From assembly GCA_044892525.1 (NCBI GenBank), contig CM097885.1, forward strand, positions 77,066,001 to 77,130,000: a DNA stretch of 64,000 nt, read 5' to 3'. The position numbers and the translations under genes are program-made. Shown piece by piece: positions 53,956 to 64,000 of this stretch. The notes below the pieces were generated by a model that was not told the origin of the DNA, ran no database searches, and saw only the letters and a program-made list of their open reading frames with translations. Positions within the stretch are counted from its first letter, which is position 1, and the number at the start of each line of letters is the position of its first letter. Origin of the DNA: Schmidtea polychroa (Eukaryota).

Positions 53956-54659
53956 GGAGCCCTGGTACAATCTCAGGACTTATATACGGTGTATACAAAG
54001 AAACAATTTGAGGCACAAATTCACAGACTCACCTCCACTCAGTGACTCTATTTCCTGTGAACCATCTTAAATAAATCTTTAACGCGCTCTTCAGTCTGAC
54101 CTGCTCTATGTTGGTGACATCTTCGCTTGCTCCTGCCTCAATTTTGTCCACAAGTGTGCCCAAGCCTTCCCTTGTCATATATATGTTTGTGGCAAGTCTA
54201 CCGATTCAGTGGCGTCGCAACAGGTTAAATAGCAACATTTCACTCGCTCAAGGCGTAACGCGAAGAAACTCGCGAAGGAAGCCGCCACGCTGAACTTCTT
54301 ATGTCAGCAATCAGATACCTCTGAACACAATCTCGAGGCCTCTGATATGGGGTTTCCTTCTCGTTAGGGGCCGAGGACATCTTCAATTTAGATCAGCTGC
54401 TAAAAGAAGCAGAAGTTTACATGTTATGAATTGAATTTGATTAAATTTTGGCTAATTTCTATTTATCTTTCGATTTGATTCTTGCAAGAAATTATAAATA
54501 TAAATAACTAGCTAATTAATCCGCCTCCACTCGGGATTCCAAGCCGTATATAATAGTAATTCAAAATTCAAAATATTTAAAAATTGTTTTAATCGAATTA
54601 TTTTTGGTTCGTTACATTTTTGCGCGGGCTATGAGGATAAGAGCAAAATTCATGAAATA

Positions 54660-55573
54660 TGTTGGGTTATTGAGTTGGTGATAAATTTAAATGTTACTCT
54701 GACTTCAAGCGTGTCTTTATACGATTCACAAATAACACTTGACAACAGAAATCTTTATTGATAATCACAAATAAACTTTCTCTTTACACTGACAATCAAT
54801 TCAACACTCTGCTTGGTGACTATACAATGCTTATTACAACACTCGGTGAGGAATAGCACTTGCGTATAACACCGGATTAAAGATCACAAATTAGTGATTG
54901 GTTTATCAACTGGGACATTGAGCTGGTTGTTTTCTTTGACCTTCACAATTTTATTCCAATACTCAATTAACTTTTCGTTTTATTTTTCAACGAATTCTTT
55001 TATTCAAATCTTCTCCAACAATTATTCTTCACAAATCGTTTCCCAATAACGTTTGTTCGACTCTGTCCAATTTGTCTCTCACGTTTCGTCTCAATTTGCA
55101 TCACTCTTTGTCTCTAATTTTGTCTCTGCTAGTTTTTCTATATATAGTTTACTTATATTGTGGCACTCAAGATAGTCAAGTGTTTTTTCACTTTCTTTCT
55201 CCTGCTTTCCCCGATTGTTCCATTTTTATCTCTGACGGCTGTCAAACTATTTTCCCTTTTTCCTTTTTTGTTTAACCCCTTTCTCCCAGCAATTCTGTTA
55301 TCACTGACAAGCTGTCGAGATAAGAGTATTGTTGTTTTACCTATTTTCCCATTTTCGAAATTCCTATTCCTTTTGTACTAATTAATTAGTACTGACCTTG
55401 ATTTTTATTTTCTTGTTTAATTTCTTTTGTTTCCTTTTTCTTTCTCATTTTAATTTCTTTTTACTTCCGTTTTCTTTTCTGAGTTCTCATAGATCGTCCC
55501 GTTTGTCATGGTGATCTTCCCCCAGGTAATTTTATTTATTTATTTATATTTTGTCATTTAGGTATTCTCAACA
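54660..55573 (-). mobile_element. Solo LTR, family B, 914 bp
   Basis: TGTTG...CAACA termini and a 4-bp TSD AATA (54656-54659, 55574-55577). Confidence 0.88.
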
Positions 55574-55957
55574 AATAATATAAATTTTCTGGGGCCCATT
55601 TCATCAATAATGTTACACAAATGTTTAGCTATTAGTTTTTCTTCCATTAAAATTTTAAAATTTACTTTTCACGTTTACTATTCACGTGCTTATTTCGATA
55701 TTCTGAAATTGTTGCACACAATCTCATTATTTTGATTTTAGATGTAGAGTGTATAGCAGGGAAGATTTATTTGGGAGGAAAAATAAGTTATTTTTTCAGA
55801 TTATTTCTAAAGTAGGGTAGTTATTTTTATCTAGTTCTAAAAAAAGAACACTAATGAAGCTAATATTACAAATTAACTAAATAAAAAAATTGAGATCCTA
55901 AATCAAAATTTCAATTTTTAATATCAATTTAATTTCAATCTAAAGGATGAAGTAATT

Positions 55958-56310
55958 GTGAATAACATGTTGTGTGATTTGGTTAAGAATAATCATATTG
56001 ATTAAGAAGTAGCAAAATTAATTCATGCAAAAGGTTCACAACCAGCTAAATTATACGGACTTCCAAAAATTCATAAAGACGGGATGAGACCTGTTTCATC
56101 TATGACTGGAACCGCTCAATATAAAATAGCGAAGTATTTATATGGGCTATTAGAACCCTTAATAAAATCTGAGTTTGAATGTAAGGAAAGTTTAGAATTT
56201 GCATCATCTATAGAACAATTAAATAAAGATAATGGTAATGAGTAAATGGTTTCATTTAATGTATGTAGTTTATTTACTAATGTTCCGTTGAAAGAACAAT
56301 CGAATTATGT
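55958..56310 (+). mobile_element. Penelope-like element RT fragment
   Basis: GSQPAKLYGLPKIHKDGMRPVSS...AKYL...MVSFNVCSLFTNVPL, with two stops. Confidence 0.85.
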
Positions 56311-57148
56311 TGTAAATTATGAAATGAACGGGGACCTCGGCGAACTGTTAACGTAATGACTTGACTACCCCCTCGTCATTTTCTAATCAATATATTATTA
56401 TTTGTTTAATTAATTCGGTTGTCATCTTCGTTAATTTTAAAAGAATTGGAATATAATGAAAAGACCAAAATTTATGACATAAGATTTTCTAATGGCCATC
56501 CACGATAATCAAGAATGCCCACGGAGAGAAGTCCTAGAAAGGGCACTCATCCATTCATGGACATTCAACCCTTGTATACAGTGTTGTGCTAGAACCAAAG
56601 ATTGAGAGTTTGCTTTAATGAATCGGAAATACATAACATAAAAACAGCATCAAGTTGAATTAAAATCCATGATCATACACCAATTAATACAAAATAAAGT
56701 ACATAACACATTGAGAAAAAATAAAACATGTATAATAAAATCAAGAAAGGCAAAAAGTTATAATCACCAACACAGTTAAGAGAAATATCGCATTTAAATA
56801 CCTGCCAACTAGAAAGTAAAATAATAATTGATATTAAATTAATTAATATGAAAAGAAATTTTAAGAAGGATATTTGGTCGTATTTACATACGAAGAACCA
56901 TAATCGAATTAAATAGGGATGTTATGGCTCGTATTTTCATACGAAGAAACTATAACAATGAGCGCATATTTTAAGAAAAAGAACATAGTTAAATTTATTT
57001 AAATTATAAAATAAACAAAATAAATTTGTTGAAATTAATAAAAATTAAATTAATTAATTAAATCAATTAAATTAAAAATAAATAATTACACACTCATGCA
57101 TGTGTGCAAAAGTAATCCAAATTTATCGCATTCTGATTGGATCTAGTG

Positions 57149-60100
57149 CAGGCCCGTACCGTCGGGGGGCCCAGGAGGGCCCGGCCCCCCAAACGCAAGT
57201 CTGCCCCCCCCCAAATAAAAAAACGGACATGAATAAAAAATGATGGTTTTACTTCAAGGTGAAAATGAAATAAACAATTACATTTATTCATGTACCATAA
57301 ATGATCTAATAAGCACTATATAATGGGCCGAATCCTAAAGAAACCTTTTAATTAAAGTCGGAGCATCGTTTTAAATTTCACTAAATAAAAACTTTCTCGT
57401 ATCCTAATTAACTGAGACTTAATCATTTTCTTAAGTTAAAAAAGATTCTCTAACAAAACTTTCAATGGGTGGTGAGGTCTTTTAAATTAGTAAAGCAATG
57501 TTACATGTCGCGAAATTTCTCAGATGTGTACGGAATTCGAACCCCGGAGTGTGTCTATAAATTTCCCCAAATCGTTAAAGGGTAGTGCTGGACAATTAAA
57601 ATATTAGCCTCACAGGATTGCTTAACACCAAATGTTAACAGCGCAACAATTGTCGATACCAAACGTTGTCGACAACAGTTGCTCTAATGTGAATCACTGC
57701 ATTACATTCAATATGTTTGATAAAAGAAAAATTGCTATCGTGCACACATGCATTGACATGGGTGTGCATGAGTTGCACATGTAGAGGTTTATGTAGTATT
57801 GACGATGGTAGGATGTTCCATCTATCTGCCTCACTGGAAGAGACTGGCATGTGAAGTCGGTGGCGTGGGTAGGGTGCGTGCTGTCTGTCTTTCCTGCCTC
57901 ACAGGCAGTAACAACGCATGGAGGCATGATTGAGTATCAGAGCACGGAGTGGGTGCATTGTGGTCTTTATACGATGGTAGAGAGATAGGCCAATGAGAGC
58001 ACATCACATGTCATTATACTCAACTCACTCCTATGGCAGAGTGACATGTTAATTGATCATATTTTGTAACATTATTTTCATCGTATTAGAACATGTCGAC
58101 ACAAAAGAGTATCATGAATTTCTTCCAAGTCATTCCAAAGAATTCTGTGACTTCAATCACTTCATCCAGTGATAGTATCTCTGCTACTATGTCCTCAACT
58201 TGTGCTAGTCCTTCATCTGTACCTGCTATTTCATGTATCCGTGACAGTGCAGTGATGTCCTCATCTTCTTGTGCACCTGCTAAGACTCTGTCATCTACTA
58301 AATGTGATCTGGGTGAAGAAATGCCACGCCAGCCAACTGATGTAAATTTCCCAAAGACTTCGTTTGGTTCAAGGGAACGCTCATTTTCGTCTGTGTGGTA
58401 TAATGGAAGACCATATTTGGAGTACTCTATTGAGAAAGATGCAGTCTTCTGCTTTTGCTGTAGAAAATTTTCATTGCCCGGCTCTGCTGGCGAAAGTGCT
58501 TTCAGAACAGGAGGATTCCGAAATTGGAAATCGGCTTTAGAAAAAGGAAAAGGTTTTCAAAAGCATGAATCTTCTGCTGGCCACATCCATGCCATGGAAC
58601 GCTGGAAAGAGAAACAGCTGAGATGTGAAAAAGGTGAGGAAGTTTGCACTTTGATTAATGAAATACAGCTGAAGAACAACCGTTATTATGTCAACGAAAT
58701 CGTTGACGTTGTAAAGTTTCTTGTGACAAATGAATTAGCCTTTCGTGGTGACAGTTTCAGTAGAGATGATATTGATGAGGATGATAAGTTTCCGTGTGGT
58801 CTATTTTTACGTCTCTTCGAATACACTGTTAAGAAAAATCCTGAGCTGGCTCGAATCATTAAAACGATTCCCAAAATTGCCACGTACACATCACCTCGAA
58901 TTCAAAATGAAATTATCGCGTTAATGGCATCAATAGTGCAAGAGTCAATTGTTAAGAAGTGCAAGTCTGCGGATGTTGAATATTTTACTCTGAAGGTGGA
59001 TGGTACCAAAGATCGAACAGGGACTGAGAATGTGTCGATTGCCATAAGGTTTGTCTCAGCAGGACAACCTCAGGAGCACTTAATCTGCATTTCCCGAACA
59101 ATTGCTCTCAATGCAGAGGCCTTCACAGATGTAATTTTGACAACCTTGAAAGAGGCTCAGTTGGATCCTAAAAATATAATTTCCCAATGCTATGATGGAG
59201 CCGCTGTTATGTCTGGACAGCATGGTGGGGTGCAGGCCTTGCTTCAGGAGCGTCTACAAATAGAAATTCCGTATGTCCATTGCTTCAACCACAAGTTGCA
59301 TTTGGTTGTTGTGTGTGCCGTTTCTGAGTGCCAAAAACTGCGGGACTTCTTCGACATATGCAGAAACTTATACACATTTTTGTCATATCCTAAGGTTGCG
59401 GCCATATATCAAGGCGATAAATTGACACAGCTCATGGAACATCGTTGGACAGGACACTTGCAGACGACTCAGGCAATAACAACTAATTATGATACAATTG
59501 TGAATTTGCTTGAGATGTGTTCTAGTAGACATTCTCACTTTTCAATTGATATTCAATTGGAAGCTACTGGAATCTTGCATCGAGTCAATGAAGTGGAGTT
59601 TCAGTTCATTGCACACATGGTGCTCTCATTGCTGACTATCCTTGAAACAGCCAACAATAGCTTGCAGGGTCAAGCAGTGGACCTTTCTTCAGCATGTGAT
59701 GTTATGGATGCCGTCATAGAGCGCATTCGCAGCCTACGCAATGAAGAGGAATTCCAAGTTCTTTTTGGGAAATTCGAAGGTCAAATGGATATGGAACAGA
59801 CACCAAAAAGAAGAAGAACTCAGATGAACTCAAAATTAGACAACTTCATTGTGTTCGGATCTGTGGGACAGCCAGAACACCAGGCCTTGCCTATCAGATG
59901 CGCATATCGCCAGATGTATTACGAAGTCGTTGATAGGACTCTGCAGGAACTAACAAAACGCTTCGGTGTCACCAACAGAAGCCTTTATAAGTCTCTTGCA
60001 TGTTTGAAGACTGATCACGCAAACTTTTTGAATATTGACGAGCTAAAGACTTTAGCGACACTGTGTGGCGTGGACCTAAGCAAAACCCAACATGAATTTG

Positions 60101-60840
60101 AAACTGCAAAGGTTTTCCTATTGAAGAGAGCCAGTACTGTGACAAACGTTCATCAGTTAGTGCAAGAACTGTACTCATACCGAGATGCTTTTCCATCTGT
60201 CTATCGTCTTGCAGCTTCTGCACTGACAATCGGTGCTTCAACTGCCACATGTGAGGCGACTTTCAGTACTTTATCTCGTGTCTTAACTCCCTTTCGTACG
60301 TCGATGAGCCATTCTCGTAAAGCCAACCTTGTATTGCTCTCATTTGAAAGTGACATCAGTAATAACATCAAATCTGATGAGTTTCTTCGGCGGTTTCATG
60401 AAATGAAAGATCGTCGACTGCAGCTATTTTGAGTCATGTCGATATCTCACACACGTAATTTCTTTTTTCTGGATCTAGTTCCTGTGTAATTTCTATTGCA
60501 CTCACCTTTAGTTTTCAAATCTGTGTGACTGTGTGTTCTGTCTTTGTATGTCCAATTGTCCGTCGTGCAAATACATGCAGCTATTTGTTTTTTGTGTTTG
60601 TTCCTAAAAAATGTGCGAAAATCATTTCCTATATACTAGTATATGCAATAATGTAGCAAAATGATGCTAAGACAAAATGTCGATTTTGCTTTCCTTTTTT
60701 TTAAATTGAACATTTCGGAGTGCAAAGTGTGAGTAGTGACTAATCTGTTTTCATAAAATACTTAGTTTACACGAGAATTACTGGCCCCTTTAATGAGAGT
60801 CTGGGCCCCCCCCGTCAAAAGGTGTCACGGTACGGGGCTG
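57149..60840 (+). mobile_element. Full-length hAT transposon, 3692 bp
   Basis: TIRs CAGGCCCGTACCGT / CAGCCCCGTACCGT and a perfect 8-bp TSD ATCTAGTG (57141-57148, 60841-60848). Confidence 0.96.
58093..60432 (+). CDS. hAT transposase (ZMYM1-like: TTF-type Zn finger, DUF4371-type core, hAT dimerisation domain), 779 aa, intact
   Basis: FCFCCRKF..KHE..H zinc finger; catalytic D (VDGT), D (YDGA) and E (CEATFS); CxxH (CFNH); RW motif. Confidence 0.95.
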   Translation: MSTQKSIMNFFQVIPKNSVTSITSSSDSISATMSSTCASPSSVPAISCIRDSAVMSSSSCAPAKTLSSTKCDLGEEMPRQPTDVNFPKTSFGSRERSFSSVWYNGRPYLEYSIEKDAVFCFCCRKFSLPGSAGESAFRTGGFRNWKSALEKGKGFQKHESSAGHIHAMERWKEKQLRCEKGEEVCTLINEIQLKNNRYYVNEIVDVVKFLVTNELAFRGDSFSRDDIDEDDKFPCGLFLRLFEYTVKKNPELARIIKTIPKIATYTSPRIQNEIIALMASIVQESIVKKCKSADVEYFTLKVDGTKDRTGTENVSIAIRFVSAGQPQEHLICISRTIALNAEAFTDVILTTLKEAQLDPKNIISQCYDGAAVMSGQHGGVQALLQERLQIEIPYVHCFNHKLHLVVVCAVSECQKLRDFFDICRNLYTFLSYPKVAAIYQGDKLTQLMEHRWTGHLQTTQAITTNYDTIVNLLEMCSSRHSHFSIDIQLEATGILHRVNEVEFQFIAHMVLSLLTILETANNSLQGQAVDLSSACDVMDAVIERIRSLRNEEEFQVLFGKFEGQMDMEQTPKRRRTQMNSKLDNFIVFGSVGQPEHQALPIRCAYRQMYYEVVDRTLQELTKRFGVTNRSLYKSLACLKTDHANFLNIDELKTLATLCGVDLSKTQHEFETAKVFLLKRASTVTNVHQLVQELYSYRDAFPSVYRLAASALTIGASTATCEATFSTLSRVLTPFRTSMSHSRKANLVLLSFESDISNNIKSDEFLRRFHEMKDRRLQLF

Positions 60841-62098
60841 ATCTAGTGGCAGAGAATGCATGGATGTACAATCAAAATCAGTATAAATATTGATTGAAAA
60901 TTCAGTTAAACTACTTGAAATAATACTTGGTTTTGACATTTAACATTTACACAAGATTTTTCCTGCTTTCAATTTTCGGTTTATGCTATCGTGGTAAGTT
61001 CGAATTTGATTTAGTAATTTTAATGAATTTGTAATTTTTATATAAAGTTTTAAGGCAATAAATCTTTGTATTAAATTTAGTTCTATTTATTTTTTTTATT
61101 GCTTTTAATTGTTCATTTCTTGTTTAAGGTTTTGCGTTTTGAATGATAATTTTATTAGGTATAATTTTATGTTTTGAATAGTAGTTACACTGGAGCTGGG
61201 ATCCAGTAGGCCACAGCTTAAGGGACACTAGTTGTTCCTCTTGCGAGTATGTAGGCTCACTTTTCAGATTTACACGGATTGATCGGGCCAGAATGTGAGG
61301 GCTTCTCGACTGGTTCGTCGACGTAAGTATCTTTAGTGGAATAAAGGTTAGAATTAGAAATCTCTGCTCAAAATATTAGAAGGATAATTTGAATATTATA
61401 GGAAGTATAGAACAACATTTATTAACTGGGAAATAAGGGCGGATCCCTGTGCAAAATTTTGGAAGATAACATTAGAAAACATCTAGTAATGATGACCACA
61501 ATTAAATGAATACATAACAATAGTCTAACAATAGAATAGATCATGAACAACGACGTAAGACCTTCTATCAGCAGTCAAGAACCATAAAATGAAAATATCA
61601 TTAGGAGTAGTTTCAGCAAGAGCCAACCTGCTCATGGATTTTAAACCATTGTGTACAGCACAAACATGGTCGTCGTCATGGGTACACAGATGGTATAAAC
61701 ACAATAGCCATGAAGACGATTCGAAAACCCTAAATAACCATACTACATTTAAAAATGACACACCCCTAAGCGACCCAACAACAGTATCAACATGGACGGT
61801 GTAACAGATATAAACAACCATTCTAGACGCTCATGAGGGTTTGAATCTATCTTAATCAACGAAACCCATTTCTTCTAACTGAGTTTCGCAACGACCAAAA
61901 TAACCCGAGCTTTCAACAATTACAATGTTATTGAAACCAACATAAATAATGAACATTTTAATTGAATAAATTTTTAATTTATTATTTTCATTTTAATACA
62001 ATGTATATAAAAGAACTGCAAAATAAGTTGTAATTAATTCTTTTTTATTAAAAAATCACATTTTATTAATTTTCTTAGTAAATTAGCGGTAGTCCAAA

Positions 62099-62497
62099 GG
62101 GTCATTACATAATTAATTCACACTAAAAATTACCATTTTTGAAACATCAACCAACCCTGTCACTATTGGTCACATTTCTGTTGATCCATATAGTGACGTT
62201 ATTTTATTGTCCACGAAATGAAGATAATCTAATAGCACCATACGGTCCTCTAGAGCCTTGACTGCTTGGGAACTTGCTGTAGCAGCAATAATTGTTAGTC
62301 ATCTTTGACTAATCAAAGTATCAGCATCACTGTAGCAAAGTAGCAGAGGAAGATTGTTGCAATATTAATTCTTGTGGTCCATAAAATACAAATAGCGTGA
62401 TGTCACATTCAGCTCCACTCATCCGCCCACCCACGTCACTTTTTCAAGGAAAACACCCACCCACCCTCGAGCGTGACATAATTATACAATGACCCCC
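62099..62497. mobile_element. ~400-bp MITE with PIF/Harbinger-type TIRs
   Basis: GGGTCATTACATAATTAATTCACAC versus the reverse-complement end GGGTCATTGTATAATTATGTCACGC. The TSD is not clean. Confidence 0.6.
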
Positions 62498-62721
62498 AAG
62501 TGTTAATGATTATTATTATAATGAAATTATGGTTCATTTGTAAACCTTAATTTCAAGTCATAGTTCAATCTGAATAGGTAATTCTAAAATGCATACAGCT
62601 TCCTCAACTATTGATTCAAAGTTTCCGACTGATAAATTAAACTATAAAATGTTCAATATTAAAACAAAGAAATGAAATGATATCAAGGACATTATAAAAG
62701 ACAACACTGAAGAAGAGGTTA

Positions 62722-63150
62722 TCAGATTTGATTGCCAGACTGCAGCCACTGATCTAATTTAGTGTCAACCTGCGAAACTAATTGCCTAATATCATTATGG
62801 ACTATTTGTCCGTCGAATGCCAGAATAAGTAGTTTTGGCAAATTGGACGGTTGATAGATAATTATTGAGATGTTGCGAATCTTTTCAAAAATAACGCTGT
62901 AGCTTGTTTGCAGAATATTTTGACTTCGAGGTGACTTTGAACGCAAAAATAGTTTCTTCATCGTAAGATTGATCCAATTGTCCATTGAGACATCTAATCT
63001 CAGGAACCCATTAACACAAAACTGTTTATCTTTTTGATGCTTGTAAAATGCTCTTAAATTTATAGGTATCCCTTCAACAGAAGCGTAAAGGAGATTTTCT
63101 AATTGAAACGAATATAAATCACTGATTAGTGGACTCCAGTAGTTATTAAC
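62722..63150 (-). CDS. Probable terminal exon of an orphan host gene (143 codons including stop)
   Basis: An acceptor TTTAG precedes 63150, and a stop-free frame VNNYWSPLISDLYSFQLENLLYASVEG... runs into ORF 62722-62985. Confidence 0.45.
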   Translation of the reverse strand, partial: VNNYWSPLISDLYSFQLENLLYASVEGIPINLRAFYKHQKDKQFCVNGFLRLDVSMDNWINLTMKKLFLRSKSPRSQNILQTSYSVIFEKIRNISIIIYQPSNLPKLLILAFDGQIVHNDIRQLVSQVDTKLDQWLQSGNQI

Positions 63151-63252
63151 CTAAATTGAATTTGTTATTCTTGTAATACTTCGTGTGTGAAATGGTCAAA
63201 TATTACAACTTTCAATAATTTTTTTATACATATATATGTTAGAAATTAAATA

Positions 63253-64000
63253 TGTTGAGGATACCTAAATAACAAATTTATGAATAAATAAATACAATTA
63301 TTTGTGGGAAAATCGTAATGACAAACAGGATAATCTATGGGAACTCAGAAAAGAAAACGGACGTAAAAAGAAATGAGACAGAGAAATGAAACAAAAGAAA
63401 TCAGACAAGAAAACAAAAACAAAGGTCAGTACTAATTAATTAGTACTAAAGGAAAAGGAATTTAAAAACCGGTGAAAACAAAAACATCAATAATGTACTT
63501 ATCTCGACAGCTTTTCAGAGATAATGGGAACAAAAAGAAAACAGGCCGGAGCCGCAAAAGGGAAAATTAGAAAATATTTTGACAGCTGTCAAAGATAACT
63601 TGGTTGCAAGGAAAAGTTGGGAAATTAAAGATAAACAGAAGTGCCACAAAGTGATGAGGTATAAAAGGAGGAAGTACAGCAGAACCAGACAGAACAATTT
63701 AAAGAAAGAGTAAGGGAACAATTACGAATAAAACAGTTAAAGGAGAATAATTGCGAGTCAGAATATTGTGGAACAGAGTTGCGACATAATATTGCGACAA
63801 AGGACAAATTTATTTAGAGAATTTGAAGAGAATTGAAGCAAAGAAACTTAAAGAGAAAACAGAAATAAAGGGATAAATCTAAAGAGCTTATTCAGTCGAT
63901 AACAAAGTAAATATCGGCGCGTAAACCCAAGTCAAATCAGAAAACAACCAGTTAAATTACCAATGGTTACACTCAATTTTGAGAGATTTGTCAAATCAAG
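63253..64000 (+). mobile_element. LTR family B-related copy running off the window end
   Basis: Starts TGTTGAGGATACCTAAAT and is collinear with the reverse complement of 55573 downward. Confidence 0.8.

Noticed and set aside
57515-57560. tRNA B-box-like GGTTCGAATTCC on the minus strand
   Set aside because: No A-box, anticodon arm or acceptor stem could be folded; it lies inside the hAT subterminal region.
58686-60250. Antisense ORFs 58686-58889 and 59969-60250 (likewise 22924-23247, 35090-35536, 42583-42825, 46381-46734, 52675-53172)
   Set aside because: They are shadows of real coding frames on the opposite strand.
61170-61900. GC-richer patches with a GTAAGT donor and short ORFs
   Set aside because: No consistent spliced frame or recognisable motif could be built.
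63515-63807. Hydrophobic membrane-like ORFs in LTR family B copies (also 27656-28104, 55072-55381)
   Set aside because: They result from T-rich strand bias in the LTRs and are not conserved in frame between copies.

Overview
An AT-rich eukaryotic window, probably animal; the 52-nt GT-AG intron and the BEL, Penelope, hATm and Tigger elements suggest an invertebrate such as a flatworm, but this is inference only. It is mostly a transposon graveyard. No prokaryotic system, CRISPR array, rRNA or complete tRNA was found. Well-supported items: (1) an intact 3.7-kb hAT transposon (57149-60840) with TIRs, an 8-bp TSD and a 779-aa transposase; (2) deleted hAT, hATm, Tigger and pogo derivatives plus MITEs; (3) a decayed Ty3/gypsy element (~34.9-41.4 kb) with a second gypsy gag-pro inverted inside it; (4) a BEL/Pao element split just before its YMDD motif by a ~5.2-kb TG...CA insertion with a 4-bp TSD; (5) a segment-permuted BEL copy at 1.45-2.45 kb; (6) four copies of a ~0.9-kb LTR family; (7) a Penelope RT fragment; (8) two exons of a host SNX7/SNX30-like sorting nexin BAR domain. 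The best candidates for something undescribed are the 5.2-kb pol-less insertion with its orphan 315-aa ORF and ~120-bp tandem array, a pre-miRNA-sized hairpin with a miR-1-type seed, a chain of overlapping orphan ORFs with a possible second diverged copy, and a repeat block that may be a Polinton-type terminus. Two N-gaps (32967-33141, 48715-48876) limit interpretation. All homology calls come from motif recognition by eye, not database searches.
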